Source: Trueperaceae bacterium
Lineage (GTDB): Bacteria > Deinococcota > Deinococci > Deinococcales > Trueperaceae
Direction of reading: 5' to 3'
Assembly: GCA_046484635.1 (NCBI GenBank)
Contig: JAWOIL010000037.1
Location: 1 to 43,672 of the forward strand
DNA: 43,672 bases
A program made the translations under genes and the position numbers. How positions within the stretch are numbered: position 1 is the first letter of the stretch; each line of letters begins with the position of its first letter. The notes under the pieces are model-generated. The model was not told the DNA's origin, did not search any database, and saw nothing but the letters and a program-made list of their open reading frames with translations. Shown one piece after another: positions 11,455 to 21,007 of the stretch.

Positions 11455-12905
11455 CAGCCGAGCCCCTCGGTCGCCATGTCGACTGCCTTGCGCAGGGCCG
11501 CCAGCTTGTTCAGGCACTCCTGCCACTCCGACGCCGGGTCCGAGTCGGCCACCACACCCGCGCCTGCCTGCAGGTGCATGCGCCCGTCCTTGACCACGAT
11601 GGTGCGCAGCGTCAACGCCATGTCCATCGCGCCGCCCGCGCCGACGTAGCCGAACGCGCCCGCGTACGGACCACGTCGCACCGTCTCGAGCTCGTCGATG
11701 ATCTCCATGGCGCGGATCTTCGGGGCGCCCGAGGCGGTTCCCATCGGCAGTGTCGCGGACAACGCGTCGAGCGGGGTGCGTCCTTCCGCCAACTCGCCCT
11801 CGATCTCCGATACCAGGTGCATCACGTGGCTGTAGCGCTCCACGCGCATGAGGTCGGTTACGCGCACGGTGCCGGGGCGGCACACGCGCCCGAGGTCGTT
11901 GCGGCCGAGATCGACCAGCATCACGTGTTCGGCGCGCTCCTTCTCGTCGGCCAGGAGCTCTTCTGCCAGCGCCGCGTCTTCCTCGGGCGTGGCGCCCCGC
12001 TTGCGCGTGCCGGCGATGGGCAGCGTCTCGACCCTGCGGCCGTCGGAGCGCACCAGGCTCTCTGGGCTGCTCGCCACCAGCGTGACCGAGCCGAGGTCGA
12101 GGTAGCCCAGATACGGGCTGGGGTTGACCGTGCGGAGCGCGCGGTAGACGGCGAAGGGATGCACGCCGAGGTCCGCGCTCTGGCGCACGCCCGGCACCAC
12201 TTGGAAGATGTCGCCGGCACGGATGTACGCCACCGCCCGTTCGACGGCCGCCATGTACTGCTCGCGGGTCATGCTCGAGGTGAACTCGGTGCGGCGACCC
12301 GCGCGGTCCCCCGGCACGCCGGGCAGCGGGCCGCGCAAGCGCGCGTACGCCTCGAGCACCAGTGCTTCTGCACGCGCCTCGTCGCCCGCGTCGTGCTCTT
12401 CGGCGGGCGCCACGATGAAGAGGTTGCGCTTGAGGTGGTCGAACACCACCACCAGTTCCGGCTCGACGAACAGCAGGTCGGGCGCGCCGATCTCGTCGGG
12501 GTTGGCGTCCGGCAGGCGCTCGTACGATCGCACCAGGTCGTAGCTGGCGTACCCGACGGCGCCGGCCCAGAACGGCGGCAGCTCGGGCGCGGGCGCGACG
12601 GGTCGTACGACGCGCTGCCACAGCACCGCCAGTGGGTCGCCTGCCTCGAAGCGCTCGACGCCGGTGGGGCTGGTGATGGTCAGGTCGTGCCCGCGCGCCT
12701 CGAAGCGGCGCCTGGCACCAACGCCGATGAACGAGTAGCGCGCCACGCGCTCCCCTTGCTCGACGCTCTCGAGCAGGAACGACGGGTGGCCGACGGCTTG
12801 CCCGCCGGCGAGCTTCAGGTAGGCGGTGAGGGGTGTCTCGAGGTCGGCGAGGACCTCACGGTAGACGGGGCGGATCCGCGCCGTCGGCGCGTCTTCGTGC
12901 TGCAT
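11454..12905 (-). CDS. trpE: anthranilate synthase component I
   Basis: About 483 aa chorismate-binding enzyme (LPMGTASGAPKIRAMEIIDELE, GPYAGAFGY). ATG at 12905 is preceded in-frame by a GTG at 12908. GGAG lies 8 nt upstream. Confidence 0.9.
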
Positions 12906-13093
12906 CACAGGGCTCCGATTCCGGACGGGGTGTGGGAGGGCGGGCGTGCTCGGTGCGAACGCAACGCACGCAGCTACGCCTCAGGCCGACGTCAACGCCG
13001 AGCCTGCCGCCATCGCCCGAGGGCGCCGGTCCAGGAATGGAGGCGGGTCATGCGCGCGAGTATACCCCTTCCGCCGATCGGGTCGCCCAGCGC

Positions 13094-13903
13094 CTACCCG
13101 TTCCCCTCGCTCGTGGCCTGCGGCAGGAACATGCCGATGGCGTGAAAGCCTGCGTCGACGTACACCGTCTCCCCCGTGACGCCGCCACCGAGTTGATCGG
13201 TGAGGAGCGCGAACCCCATGCCTGCCACTTCCTTCTGATCGATGTTGCGCTTCAGCATCGACATCTCGCCCGCCTGCGAGTACAGGTCGGCGAACCCCGA
13301 GATCGAGCGTGCGGCGATGGTGCGTACCGCGCCCGCGCTCACCGCGTTCACGCGGATGCTCTCGGGGCCCAAGTCGTACGCCAGGTAGCGCACGCTCGCC
13401 TCCAGCGCGGCCTTCGCCACGCCCATCATGTTGTAGTGCGGCACCACGCGCTCGGCGGCGAGGTACGTGAGCGTCACGATGCTGCCACCGCCCTGCATGA
13501 GCGTCGCGGCGCGGCGCGCCGACGCCACCAGCGAATAGGCGGACACGTCCATGGCCGTCACCCAGTCGGCCCGTTCGGTGTTCACGAACGCCGACTCGAA
13601 CGTCGCAGGCGGCGCGTACGCCAAGGCGTGCACCAGGTAATCGAGCTTGCCGAACTCCTGTCGCACCCGCTCGAACAGCGCGTCGAGGTCCTCGTCCTTG
13701 CCGACGTCGCACTCGACGAGCAGCGGCTGGTCGAGGTCGTCGGTGAGCTTCTCGAGGGTCGGGCGGAGGCGGTCGGCCTGGTAGCTGAACGCCAGACGCG
13801 CGCCGGCTTGCGCCAGCGGTTGGGCGATGGCCCACGCCAGCGAGCGCTGATTGGCGACACCCATCACGAGCCCGGTCTTTCCTCGCAGATCGATGGAGTA
13901 CAT
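13094..13903 (-). CDS. fabI: enoyl-[acyl-carrier-protein] reductase (NADH)
   Basis: 269 aa. GVANQRSLAW, YLAAERVVPHYNMMGVAKAALEA and SAGAVRT motifs of FabI. GGAAGGAG Shine-Dalgarno upstream. Confidence 0.92.
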   Translation of the reverse strand: MYSIDLRGKTGLVMGVANQRSLAWAIAQPLAQAGARLAFSYQADRLRPTLEKLTDDLDQPLLVECDVGKDEDLDALFERVRQEFGKLDYLVHALAYAPPATFESAFVNTERADWVTAMDVSAYSLVASARRAATLMQGGGSIVTLTYLAAERVVPHYNMMGVAKAALEASVRYLAYDLGPESIRVNAVSAGAVRTIAARSISGFADLYSQAGEMSMLKRNIDQKEVAGMGFALLTDQLGGGVTGETVYVDAGFHAIGMFLPQATSEGNG

Positions 13904-14106
13904 GCAAGCTCCTTCCGGCGGTCGGCGCCTACCGACCCGTGCCTTCGTTCGCCGCGGCGCGGCAGGAGGTCCACCGGCGCGTCGGTACCGTCGCCGGGCG
14001 GGCGGGCGGCCGGGGCCCTCGTCGAAACGACGTCACTCTACCGTAGGGGCTGGTTTCCGAGTTCGGCCGCTCGGGTGCGCGTCGCGCTTGGCCCGTCGCC
14101 CGTCGT

Positions 14107-15156
14107 TCAGCCGTCCAACATGAGGCGCTCGAAGCGTTCCCGTGCTCCGTCCGCCTTGCTGCGTTCGCCGCGCGCCTCCCAGGTGGCGGCGAGACCTTCC
14201 CACGCCGCTTCGCTGAACGGCTCGTGCTCCGTCATGTGCTGGTACAAGAGCGTTGCCTGCGGCAGGTCCTGCGCTTCCACGGCGGCCTCCGCGGCGCTCT
14301 GGAGCAAGGTGAGGTGGTCCGATTGCAGGTTCAAGCGGATGGTATCGGCCCAGCTCGAGTCGATGCCGGACAAGAAGTGCCCGGTGTAGAGCCGCGCCGC
14401 GTCCTGGAAGTCGCGCAGGTCCTGGCTATCGCGCGCCTGGCGCGCCGCCTCACGGTAGGCGTCGACGTCGTACTCGATCTGGAAACTGCTATGCAGGTAG
14501 TAGCGCCGGTTGGCGGACTCGACCAGTTCACCACCCATCACCTTCCGGAGGCGGTACAGGGTGGTGTGGAAGCTGCTGGACGCCTTCGACTCGGTCTTGC
14601 CCGGCCACAGCGCCTCCGCGACCTCGAACGTGGTGACGCCGGAGCGGTGCTCGAGCAGGTAGAACAGCAGTTCGAGCGCTTTCAACGAGTCCCAGTCCAG
14701 GCGCTTGCCCTCGCGCAGCACGATCGGGTGCCCGAACGCGCGGGCGCTGACCGCGCCGGTGATAGGGCGGCGCAGCTCTTCGACGCGGCGCAAGCGCACG
14801 CGAACCGCCTCGAGCAGTTCGTCCTTCTCGACGGGCTTGGTGAGGTAATCGTCGGCCCCGAGCGTCATGCCCTTGCGCATCGACCCGCGGTCCTCGAGCG
14901 CGGTGAGGAACAAGAACGGCACCCCGCGAAGCTCGGGGATGTCGCGCACCTTGCCGTAGAAGGCGAAGCCGTCCATCTGCGGCATCGACACGTCGGACAC
15001 GACGACGTCCGGCCGCAACCCGTCTTGCAGTTCTTGTAGCGCTTCGAGCGGGTCGTCGAACGTCAGCACGCTGTAGCCGGCGCCGAGCAAGGTCATCTCG
15101 CTGACCTTGAGCATCGCCGGCTCGTCGTCCACCACGAGCACGAGGGTGGTCGTCAT
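14107..15156 (-). CDS. response-regulator receiver + winged-helix (OmpR-like) + BTAD domain transcriptional regulator (SARP-type with REC domain)
   Basis: 349 aa from MTTTLVLVVDDEP. REC motifs (DVSMP, KP), wHTH segment (LELLFYLLEHRSGVTTFEVAEALW..TLYRLRKV), then C-terminal BTAD-like region. Track ORF 14107..16023 is a spurious extension. TAGACT hexamer 7 nt upstream of ATG, no Shine-Dalgarno. Confidence 0.78.
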   Translation of the reverse strand: MTTTLVLVVDDEPAMLKVSEMTLLGAGYSVLTFDDPLEALQELQDGLRPDVVVSDVSMPQMDGFAFYGKVRDIPELRGVPFLFLTALEDRGSMRKGMTLGADDYLTKPVEKDELLEAVRVRLRRVEELRRPITGAVSARAFGHPIVLREGKRLDWDSLKALELLFYLLEHRSGVTTFEVAEALWPGKTESKASSSFHTTLYRLRKVMGGELVESANRRYYLHSSFQIEYDVDAYREAARQARDSQDLRDFQDAARLYTGHFLSGIDSSWADTIRLNLQSDHLTLLQSAAEAAVEAQDLPQATLLYQHMTEHEPFSEAAWEGLAATWEARGERSKADGARERFERLMLDG

Positions 15157-15163
15157 CGGTGCG

Positions 15164-15169
15164 AGTCTA
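15164..15169 (-). promoter_or_regulatory. candidate -10 element TAGACT 7 nt upstream of the REC-wHTH-BTAD regulator start
   Basis: Minus strand reads cggtgcgGTAGACTcgcaccgATG. The same region also forms a 7-bp inverted repeat. Confidence 0.3.
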
Positions 15170-15260
15170 CCGCACCGTCCGAAGCGGTCCGTATGAAGTA
15201 CCCAACGACCCCGTGCCCAGCCGATCCGCTTCGATACGCTACTTTCGTAGATGACACTAC

Positions 15261-15452
15261 TCAGTCTTCCCAAGCATCGGTGGTTTGGTAGTGCACCAGG
15301 ACGCTGTACTCCACACCCGTGCCATACATGGCGGTGGAGAACTTGACGTCGACGATGACGGCATCGCGATCCATCCCGGCGATGAAGTCGGCCAGGCGCC
15401 GCTCGAACAGTTCCGGATCGGCTCCGGTGACGAGCTTGAATTTCGGTTCCAT
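15261..15452 (-). CDS. small protein, Cse60-like (DUF2758-like) family
   Basis: 63 aa with pattern KFKLV...PELFERRLADFI...DAVIVDVKF...GTGVEYSVLVHY, resembling the Cse60 small-protein family. GGAGG 6 nt upstream of ATG. Confidence 0.5.
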   Translation of the reverse strand: MEPKFKLVTGADPELFERRLADFIAGMDRDAVIVDVKFSTAMYGTGVEYSVLVHYQTTDAWED

Positions 15453-15593
15453 GACGTGTCCTCCCTGCCGTTCGCTGTCCGCGCCCGACCATCGCTAGGC
15501 GGGCTCCGCTCCCGATGCGGCCCATGATACCCAGGGCGCTGCAACGAGCGTGGATACCGCTCCCGCACACCATCCGCGCCGCGAAACGGCTGC

Positions 15594-15599
15594 TAGCAT
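15594..15599 (+). promoter_or_regulatory. candidate -10 element TAGCAT (ctgcTAGCAT) 8 nt upstream of the CDP-alcohol phosphatidyltransferase start
   Basis: Same hexamer as at lipB, PBP1A and polA. No Shine-Dalgarno between hexamer and ATG. Confidence 0.35.
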
Positions 15600-15607
15600 G
15601 GACGCCC

Positions 15608-16435
15608 ATGACCGAGCGCAAGGCGGCCAAGCCGCGACCGCGGCACGAGGTGCTGATGCGCGTGGTGCAGCCGTTGGCCGACCGCGGTGTGGCGTGGTTG
15701 GCGCGCACTCCTGTCGATCCGCAACACGTCGTGCTGGCCCACACCATCATCGGGTTCGCTGCTGCCACGCTCCTCGCCCGAGAGGCCCTGGTGCCGTGGG
15801 TCGGCGCCGCCGTGCTGCTGCAAGGCAAGACCCTCCTCGACAACATGGACGGCGGTCTGGCGCGGACCACCGGCCGGGTGACGGAGATGGGTCGGTACCT
15901 CGACACCGTCATGGACCTGCTCGTGAACGTGGCGCTGTTCGCGGCACTGGCGACGCACGGCCCGCCGCTACTGGCGTGGTCGGCGTTCGTGGTGTTGACC
16001 CTGGTGCTGTCGGCCGACCACAACGCCGAGCGGCGCTACCGCGAAGAGCATGGCGGCACCATGCAGCAGAGCCCGGCGCCGCCGGGCGCCCCGGCACCGC
16101 TTCTGGCGGTGGTTCGTGGCCTGTACCGCTTCGCCCTCGCGCCACAAGACCGCTTCCTCCGAAGCCTCGACGCGCGTCTGTTCCGCTACGCCACCTCCAC
16201 CGCGTGGGCAGATGCCCCCACTACGCTGCGACGCCGGTGGGCCGACGCGTTCTCCACCGGCGCGCTCGTCAACCTCGGTCTCAGCACGCAGTACCTCCTG
16301 CTCGGAGTGTGCGCGGCGCTGGGCGCGCCGTTCGTCTACGTGGTGGTGGTGCTGGCGCAGGCACCGTACGTGGCGCTGGTACAGGCGGCGCGCGTGTGGC
16401 GTATGCGCGCCCGGCTGGAAGCAGGGGTGTCGTGA
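15608..16435 (+). CDS. CDP-alcohol phosphatidyltransferase family protein
   Basis: Start at MTERK (track ORF 15515 extended). D(x)2DG(x)2AR(x)8G(x)3D(x)3D signature present ([28 protein letters not shown]). Multiple TM segments. TAGCAT sits 8 nt upstream of ATG. Confidence 0.78.
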   Translation: MTERKAAKPRPRHEVLMRVVQPLADRGVAWLARTPVDPQHVVLAHTIIGFAAATLLAREALVPWVGAAVLLQGKTLLDNMDGGLARTTGRVTEMGRYLDTVMDLLVNVALFAALATHGPPLLAWSAFVVLTLVLSADHNAERRYREEHGGTMQQSPAPPGAPAPLLAVVRGLYRFALAPQDRFLRSLDARLFRYATSTAWADAPTTLRRRWADAFSTGALVNLGLSTQYLLLGVCAALGAPFVYVVVVLAQAPYVALVQAARVWRMRARLEAGVS

Positions 16436-16899
16436 GCGGGCCGTCCCAACCGGCCCAGCGTCCGCCCCAATGGCCGCTCGCCACCGTGGGCGCGCTGGTC
16501 GAGGGGCCATCGGGCAGGGTTCTGTTGGTGCGCACGAGGAAGTGGCGCGGAACCTGGGGCGTGCCCGGCGGCAAGATCGCGTACGGTGAGACGATGGTGG
16601 CGGCGTTGCGACGCGAGTTCGAGGAAGAGACTGGGCTGACGCTGCACGACGTCCGTCCCGGCCCGTTGCAGGAGGCGGTCCTCAGCGACGAGTTCCACGT
16701 GCCGGCACACTTCGTGTTGCTCAACTTCTTCGCCCGAACCCACGATGAGGTCGTGTACCTGAACGAAGAAGCGCAAGACTACGCGTGGGTGCCTCCGCGC
16801 GAAGCGCTGTCGATGCCGCTCAACAGCTTCACGCGCGTGCTGGTGGAGGCGTACCTGCGGCATCAGGGTGAAGCGAGCGCGCGGGAGGACGACGCATGA
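16432..16899 (+). CDS. NUDIX hydrolase
   Basis: 155 aa from a GTG overlapping the upstream stop (GTGA). Nudix box [24 protein letters not shown]. Confidence 0.78.
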   Translation: MSGPSQPAQRPPQWPLATVGALVEGPSGRVLLVRTRKWRGTWGVPGGKIAYGETMVAALRREFEEETGLTLHDVRPGPLQEAVLSDEFHVPAHFVLLNFFARTHDEVVYLNEEAQDYAWVPPREALSMPLNSFTRVLVEAYLRHQGEASAREDDA

Positions 16900-17636
16900 G
16901 CGGGGCCGCTCCCACCGACACGCGCCCCGCCGCGCTCGTGACGGGTTCGGCCAAAGGCGTCGGCCGTGCCCTGGTACTTGCCTTGGCCGAGGACGGGTAC
17001 GACGTCGTGGTGCACTACCGCACCAGCCGCGACGAGGCGGAGCAGGTGGCGGATCGCGCTCGGGCGCTCGGCGTGCGCGCCGTGACGCACGCGGCGGACG
17101 TCACCGTCGAAGCCGAAGCGCGGGGCCTGGTAGACGCAGCAGCAGCAGCCTTCGACCGCCTGGACGTGCTGATCAACAACGTCGGCAACTACCATTACGG
17201 CCCGTTGGACGCGCTGACCTTCGAGGTCTGGAACGAGATGTTCGCCAGCAACCTCCACGCCACCTTCCACACCTGCCAGCGCGCCATGCCGCTGCTGCGC
17301 GCGTCGCCGCGCGGCGGACGGGTGGTGAACATCGGCTACGCCGGGTCGGAACTGGTGAAGGCACGGCCGGGCATCGCCGCCTACGGCATCGCCAAGACCG
17401 GGGTGATCCTCTACTCGAAGGCGCTGGCGCGGAACGAAGCGCGCTCCGGCGTCACGGTCAACGTCGTCAGCCCCGGCGTACTAGAGAACAGCGTCACGAA
17501 GCCGCTCCACGAGATCCCGATGGGAAGGCCGGGACGGCTCGACGAGCTGGTGGCGGCGGTACGGTACCTGCTCTCTCCCGAGGCCGCTTACGTCACGGGC
17601 GTGACGATCGAGGTGGCAGGAGGCTGGAACGTCTGA
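16896..17636 (+). CDS. SDR family oxidoreductase (3-oxoacyl-ACP reductase-like)
   Basis: 246 aa. [10 protein letters not shown] Rossmann motif, [26 protein letters not shown] catalytic Y-x3-K. ATGA overlap with the NUDIX gene. Confidence 0.85.
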   Translation: MSGAAPTDTRPAALVTGSAKGVGRALVLALAEDGYDVVVHYRTSRDEAEQVADRARALGVRAVTHAADVTVEAEARGLVDAAAAAFDRLDVLINNVGNYHYGPLDALTFEVWNEMFASNLHATFHTCQRAMPLLRASPRGGRVVNIGYAGSELVKARPGIAAYGIAKTGVILYSKALARNEARSGVTVNVVSPGVLENSVTKPLHEIPMGRPGRLDELVAAVRYLLSPEAAYVTGVTIEVAGGWNV

Positions 17637-17661
17637 GCGAAGCGGCGCCGTCGCCGAGTGC

Positions 17662-18249
17662 CTACGCTCCGTCCTCGCCATCGGCGCGGAACGCGCGACC
17701 GATCGGGATGGCAACGTCGAACAGGCCACCGGCCCGCGCGACGTTCACGGTCACGAACTCGTGGCGCTCCACCACCTCGAACGCGTCGATCGAGGCTCCC
17801 GGCCGGGGCTTCAACACGCTCGCGTCGAACAGTTCCTGGAACGGTCGCTCGGTGTACGCGGGGATGAGGTGGTCGCTGATGCGCACGCGTGGCGGCATGT
17901 GCATGTTGCCGACGATGGCGTAGGTCGGGAACATCACGCACACCTGTCGCGGTTCGCGCCCGTACCGTTCCTGCGCCGATTCGGACGCGCCCCCGACCAG
18001 CCACAACAGCCGCTCCTTCGGTAGCGCCGCGAACTCGGTCTTGTAGAGAAGCGTCTCCGCCTCCGGCGGGTAGGCGTAGCCTTCGCGGTAGACCATGCAC
18101 TCCGTCACCGCAAGGAACGGGCGATCGCGCATGTTGAGGACCCGCGAGAACGCCACGCCGCGGCGCAGGTGGAACATCCCGAAGACTCGGAAGTCCGCCG
18201 TGTAGGCGCGCCCCTCGACCGGTTCGATGCCATGCCCCAAGGTCGTCAT
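17662..18249 (-). CDS. hypothetical protein
   Basis: 195-aa ORF with non-biased composition and GC3-rich codon usage. No family recognised. Start is only 22 bp from the divergent polA start, so the true start may be an internal Met. Confidence 0.45.
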   Translation of the reverse strand: MTTLGHGIEPVEGRAYTADFRVFGMFHLRRGVAFSRVLNMRDRPFLAVTECMVYREGYAYPPEAETLLYKTEFAALPKERLLWLVGGASESAQERYGREPRQVCVMFPTYAIVGNMHMPPRVRISDHLIPAYTERPFQELFDASVLKPRPGASIDAFEVVERHEFVTVNVARAGGLFDVAIPIGRAFRADGEDGA

Positions 18250-18259
18250 GCGCAGAGGC

Positions 18260-18265
18260 TAGCAT
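18260..18265 (+). promoter_or_regulatory. candidate -10 element TAGCAT 6 nt upstream of the polA GTG start
   Basis: ggcTAGCATgaggccGTG. Leaderless-type arrangement. Confidence 0.35.
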
Positions 18266-18271
18266 GAGGCC

Positions 18272-20884
18272 GTGGCGGGAAACCGAGACGGACACGAGAA
18301 GCGCAAGGCGTTGCAGGCGTCCTTGTTCGGCGACGCGCCGGAGGAGCGGGAACCGACCCCCACAGGGCCGGAGCGCACGCGGCGGGTGTTCCTCGTCGAT
18401 GGTCATGGACTCGCCTACCGGAGCTACTTCGCGATCCGCGAACTGTCCACCTCGCGCGGCGTGCCCACCAACGCGGTCTACGGGTTCACCCGCGCCATCC
18501 TCGACCTGCTGGCCGAGACGCGCGAAGGCGACGCGGTGGTGGTGGCGTTCGACGCGCCTGCTCGCACGTTCCGACACGAGCGGTTCGAGGAGTACAAGGC
18601 CGGCCGCGCTCCCACGCCCGACGATCTTCCACAGCAGATCGCGACGATCAAGCGTCTGCTCGACCTGCTGGGCGTGCCGCGCCTGGAGACGCCCGGGCTG
18701 GAAGCCGACGACCTCATCGGCACCGCCGCCACCCGCTGCGAACAGCGCGGGCTGGACGTCGAAGTGGTCACGTCCGACCGCGACGCCCTGCAACTCGTGA
18801 GCGAACGAGTGCGGGTGCGCGCTCCGGGCGCCAAGGTCACCATCGGCCCGGCCGAGGTCGAGGCGAAGTACGGGGTGCGGCCCGACCAATGGGTCGACTT
18901 CCGCGCTCTCACCGGCGACACGTCGGACAACATCCCGGGCGTGCGTGGGATCGGTCCCGTTGCCGCCCGCAAGCTGCTCGAACGCTACGGCGATCTCGAC
19001 ACCATCCTCGAACGGCTCGACCAGCTCGAGCCCGCCAGCTACGCCGAGCGCATCCAGGGGGCCGGAGACGACGTGACGTTGTCACGCGAGCTCTCGCGCA
19101 TCGTCACCGACGCCAACGTCGACGTGACGCCGGACGCCTGGAGCCGCCGCGAACCGGATCGCGAGGCGTTGACGGCGCTTCTGCGGGAGCTCGAGTTCGG
19201 CAGCGTGCTCCACGAGCTCGGCCTGGCTCGGCGCGTGCGGTACGACGACGCCGCTTGGACCGACCTCGAGCCCAGGGCGGCGGCCGAAGCACCGGTCTAC
19301 GGCTTCGTGCTCGACCACGAACGGCCCACCAGGGCGCGGGTTGTGGGCCTGGCGAGGGCGAGAGACGGGCGCGTCGCCAGCGCGCCGGCGGGCGACCTCG
19401 ACCAGGTCGTGCGCGACCTGCGCGGGCCTCTCGCCGCTGCCGACGCCAAGGCGCTGACGGTCGCGGTGCGCAGGGCGGGCGCCACGGACGTCACGCCCGG
19501 CGACGACCCGCTGCTGATGGCGTACCTCGTCGATCCCGGCAGCACCAACCCCGAAGCGCTGGCCCGGCGGCTCGGCGCGGGCGAGTGGGGCTCGGACGCA
19601 GCCAGCCGCGCCGTGGTCGGAGCCGAGCTCGTGCGGGCGTTCGACGTACGGCTCGAGGGCGCTCAGCGGCGCGTGTACGAAGACCTCGAGCGGCCCCTGC
19701 AGGCCGTGCTGGCCGACATGGAGCTGGCCGGCGTGCGGGTCGACGTGGAGCTGCTGACCGCGCAATCGCGCGAACTCGGCGAGCGCCTGGCCGGTATCGA
19801 GCAGCAGGTGCGCGCCCTCGCGGCGGATCCCGCCTTCAACCTCGCCTCGCGTGACCAGGTGGCGTGGTTGCTGTTCGACAAGCTCGGACTGCGCGCGGGC
19901 CGGCGCACCGCCACTGGGAAGGTCAGCACCGCGGTCGGAGCGCTCGAGCCGCTCAAGGGGCAGCACGAGGCCGTCGACTCGATCCTCGAGTACCGCGAAC
20001 TGGCCAAGCTGAAGAACACCTACCTCGACCCGCTCCCGGCCCTGGTCGACCCCGACACCGGGCGCTTGCATACGACGTTCCAGCAGGCGGTGGTGGCCAC
20101 CGGCCGGTTGTCGAGCGTGAACCCGAACCTGCAGAACGTGCCGGTGCGAACCGAACTCGGGCGCGAGGTGCGGCGCGCGTTCGTCGCCGACGACGGTGCG
20201 CTGCTGCTGGTGGCCGACTACTCGCAGATCGAGCTGCGGGTGCTGGCCCACATCGCGAACGAACCGGAGCTGGCGCGGGCGTTCCACCAGGGCGAGGACG
20301 TGCACCGCGACACCGCCTCCGTCCTGTTCGGCGTGGCGCCTGCGGACGTCAAGCCGAGCATGCGCCGGGTGGCGAAGGTCATCAACTTCGGCGTGCTGTA
20401 CGGCATGTCGGCGCAGCGACTGAGCCGCGAGCTCGACATCCCGTTCGCCGAGGCCGACGCGTACATCCGCACCTACTTCGAGCGCTACCCGCGCGTACGC
20501 AAGTACATCGACGACACGCTCGAGCGGGCGCGGGAGCATGGGTACGTGGAGACGCTGCTGGGGCGCCGTCGTTACGTGCCCGACGTCCTCAGCCCCAACC
20601 GCAGCGTGCGCGAGGCGGCCGAACGGATGGCGTACAACATGCCCATTCAAGGCAGCGCGGCCGACATCATGAAGCTCGCCATGCTGGCGCTGGCGCCCGC
20701 CCTGGCGGCACGAGGCGGGCGGCTGCTCTTGCAGGTCCACGACGAGATCGTGGCCGAGGTGCCCGAAGCTGGCGCGGCCGAAGCGGCGGACGAGGTGCGC
20801 ACGCTGATGGCGGACGCCTTCGCGTTGACCGTGCCGCTGGAGGCCGACGTCGGTCTCGGGCCCAACTGGCTCGACGCGAAGTAG
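18272..20884 (+). CDS. polA: DNA polymerase I (5'-3' exonuclease + polymerase, Taq-like)
   Basis: 870 aa collinear with Thermus Pol I (VFLVDGHGLAYRSYFA, GDTSDNIPGV, RRVAKVINFGVLYGMSA, QVHDEIV). GTG start at 18272 with TAGCAT 6 nt upstream. Confidence 0.95.
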   Translation: MAGNRDGHEKRKALQASLFGDAPEEREPTPTGPERTRRVFLVDGHGLAYRSYFAIRELSTSRGVPTNAVYGFTRAILDLLAETREGDAVVVAFDAPARTFRHERFEEYKAGRAPTPDDLPQQIATIKRLLDLLGVPRLETPGLEADDLIGTAATRCEQRGLDVEVVTSDRDALQLVSERVRVRAPGAKVTIGPAEVEAKYGVRPDQWVDFRALTGDTSDNIPGVRGIGPVAARKLLERYGDLDTILERLDQLEPASYAERIQGAGDDVTLSRELSRIVTDANVDVTPDAWSRREPDREALTALLRELEFGSVLHELGLARRVRYDDAAWTDLEPRAAAEAPVYGFVLDHERPTRARVVGLARARDGRVASAPAGDLDQVVRDLRGPLAAADAKALTVAVRRAGATDVTPGDDPLLMAYLVDPGSTNPEALARRLGAGEWGSDAASRAVVGAELVRAFDVRLEGAQRRVYEDLERPLQAVLADMELAGVRVDVELLTAQSRELGERLAGIEQQVRALAADPAFNLASRDQVAWLLFDKLGLRAGRRTATGKVSTAVGALEPLKGQHEAVDSILEYRELAKLKNTYLDPLPALVDPDTGRLHTTFQQAVVATGRLSSVNPNLQNVPVRTELGREVRRAFVADDGALLLVADYSQIELRVLAHIANEPELARAFHQGEDVHRDTASVLFGVAPADVKPSMRRVAKVINFGVLYGMSAQRLSRELDIPFAEADAYIRTYFERYPRVRKYIDDTLERAREHGYVETLLGRRRYVPDVLSPNRSVREAAERMAYNMPIQGSAADIMKLAMLALAPALAARGGRLLLQVHDEIVAEVPEAGAAEAADEVRTLMADAFALTVPLEADVGLGPNWLDAK

Positions 20885-20908
20885 CCGACGCAGCCGACGC
20901 TGGAGCGA

Positions 20909-20931
20909 AGTACCGGCGCGACGCCGGTACT
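20909..20931 (+). terminator. GC-rich hairpin downstream of polA (possible intrinsic terminator without strong U-tract)
   Basis: agtaccggcg-cga-cgccggtact, a 10-bp perfect stem about 25 nt after the polA stop. Confidence 0.35.
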
Positions 20932-20994
20932 TGCCTCCAGTGCGACCCGCCGGCGAACAGTGGCGCAGGCCCGGTATCGTTCTGGTGCGGCAGG

Positions 20995-21000
20995 TAAGAT
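20995..21000 (+). promoter_or_regulatory. candidate -10 element TAAGAT 7 nt upstream of the glmM start
   Basis: caggTAAGATgaccggcATG. No Shine-Dalgarno. Confidence 0.3.
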
Positions 21001-21007
21001 GACCGGC

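Noticed and set aside
12909-13093. Possible trp attenuator / leader peptide upstream of trpE
   Set aside because: No tandem Trp codons (no TGGTGG) and no convincing alternative hairpin pair were found in the 185-bp leader. Only a weak TTGACG -35-like hexamer was seen. There is not enough evidence to call an attenuator or T-box.
15157-15177. 7-bp inverted repeat cggtgcg-agtctac-cgcaccg adjacent to the REC-BTAD regulator start, first considered a terminator or RBS-sequestering hairpin
   Set aside because: No U-tract. The loop region reads TAGACT on the coding strand exactly 7 nt from the ATG, matching the -10-like pattern seen at many other genes, so a promoter interpretation is preferred. A dual role is not excluded.
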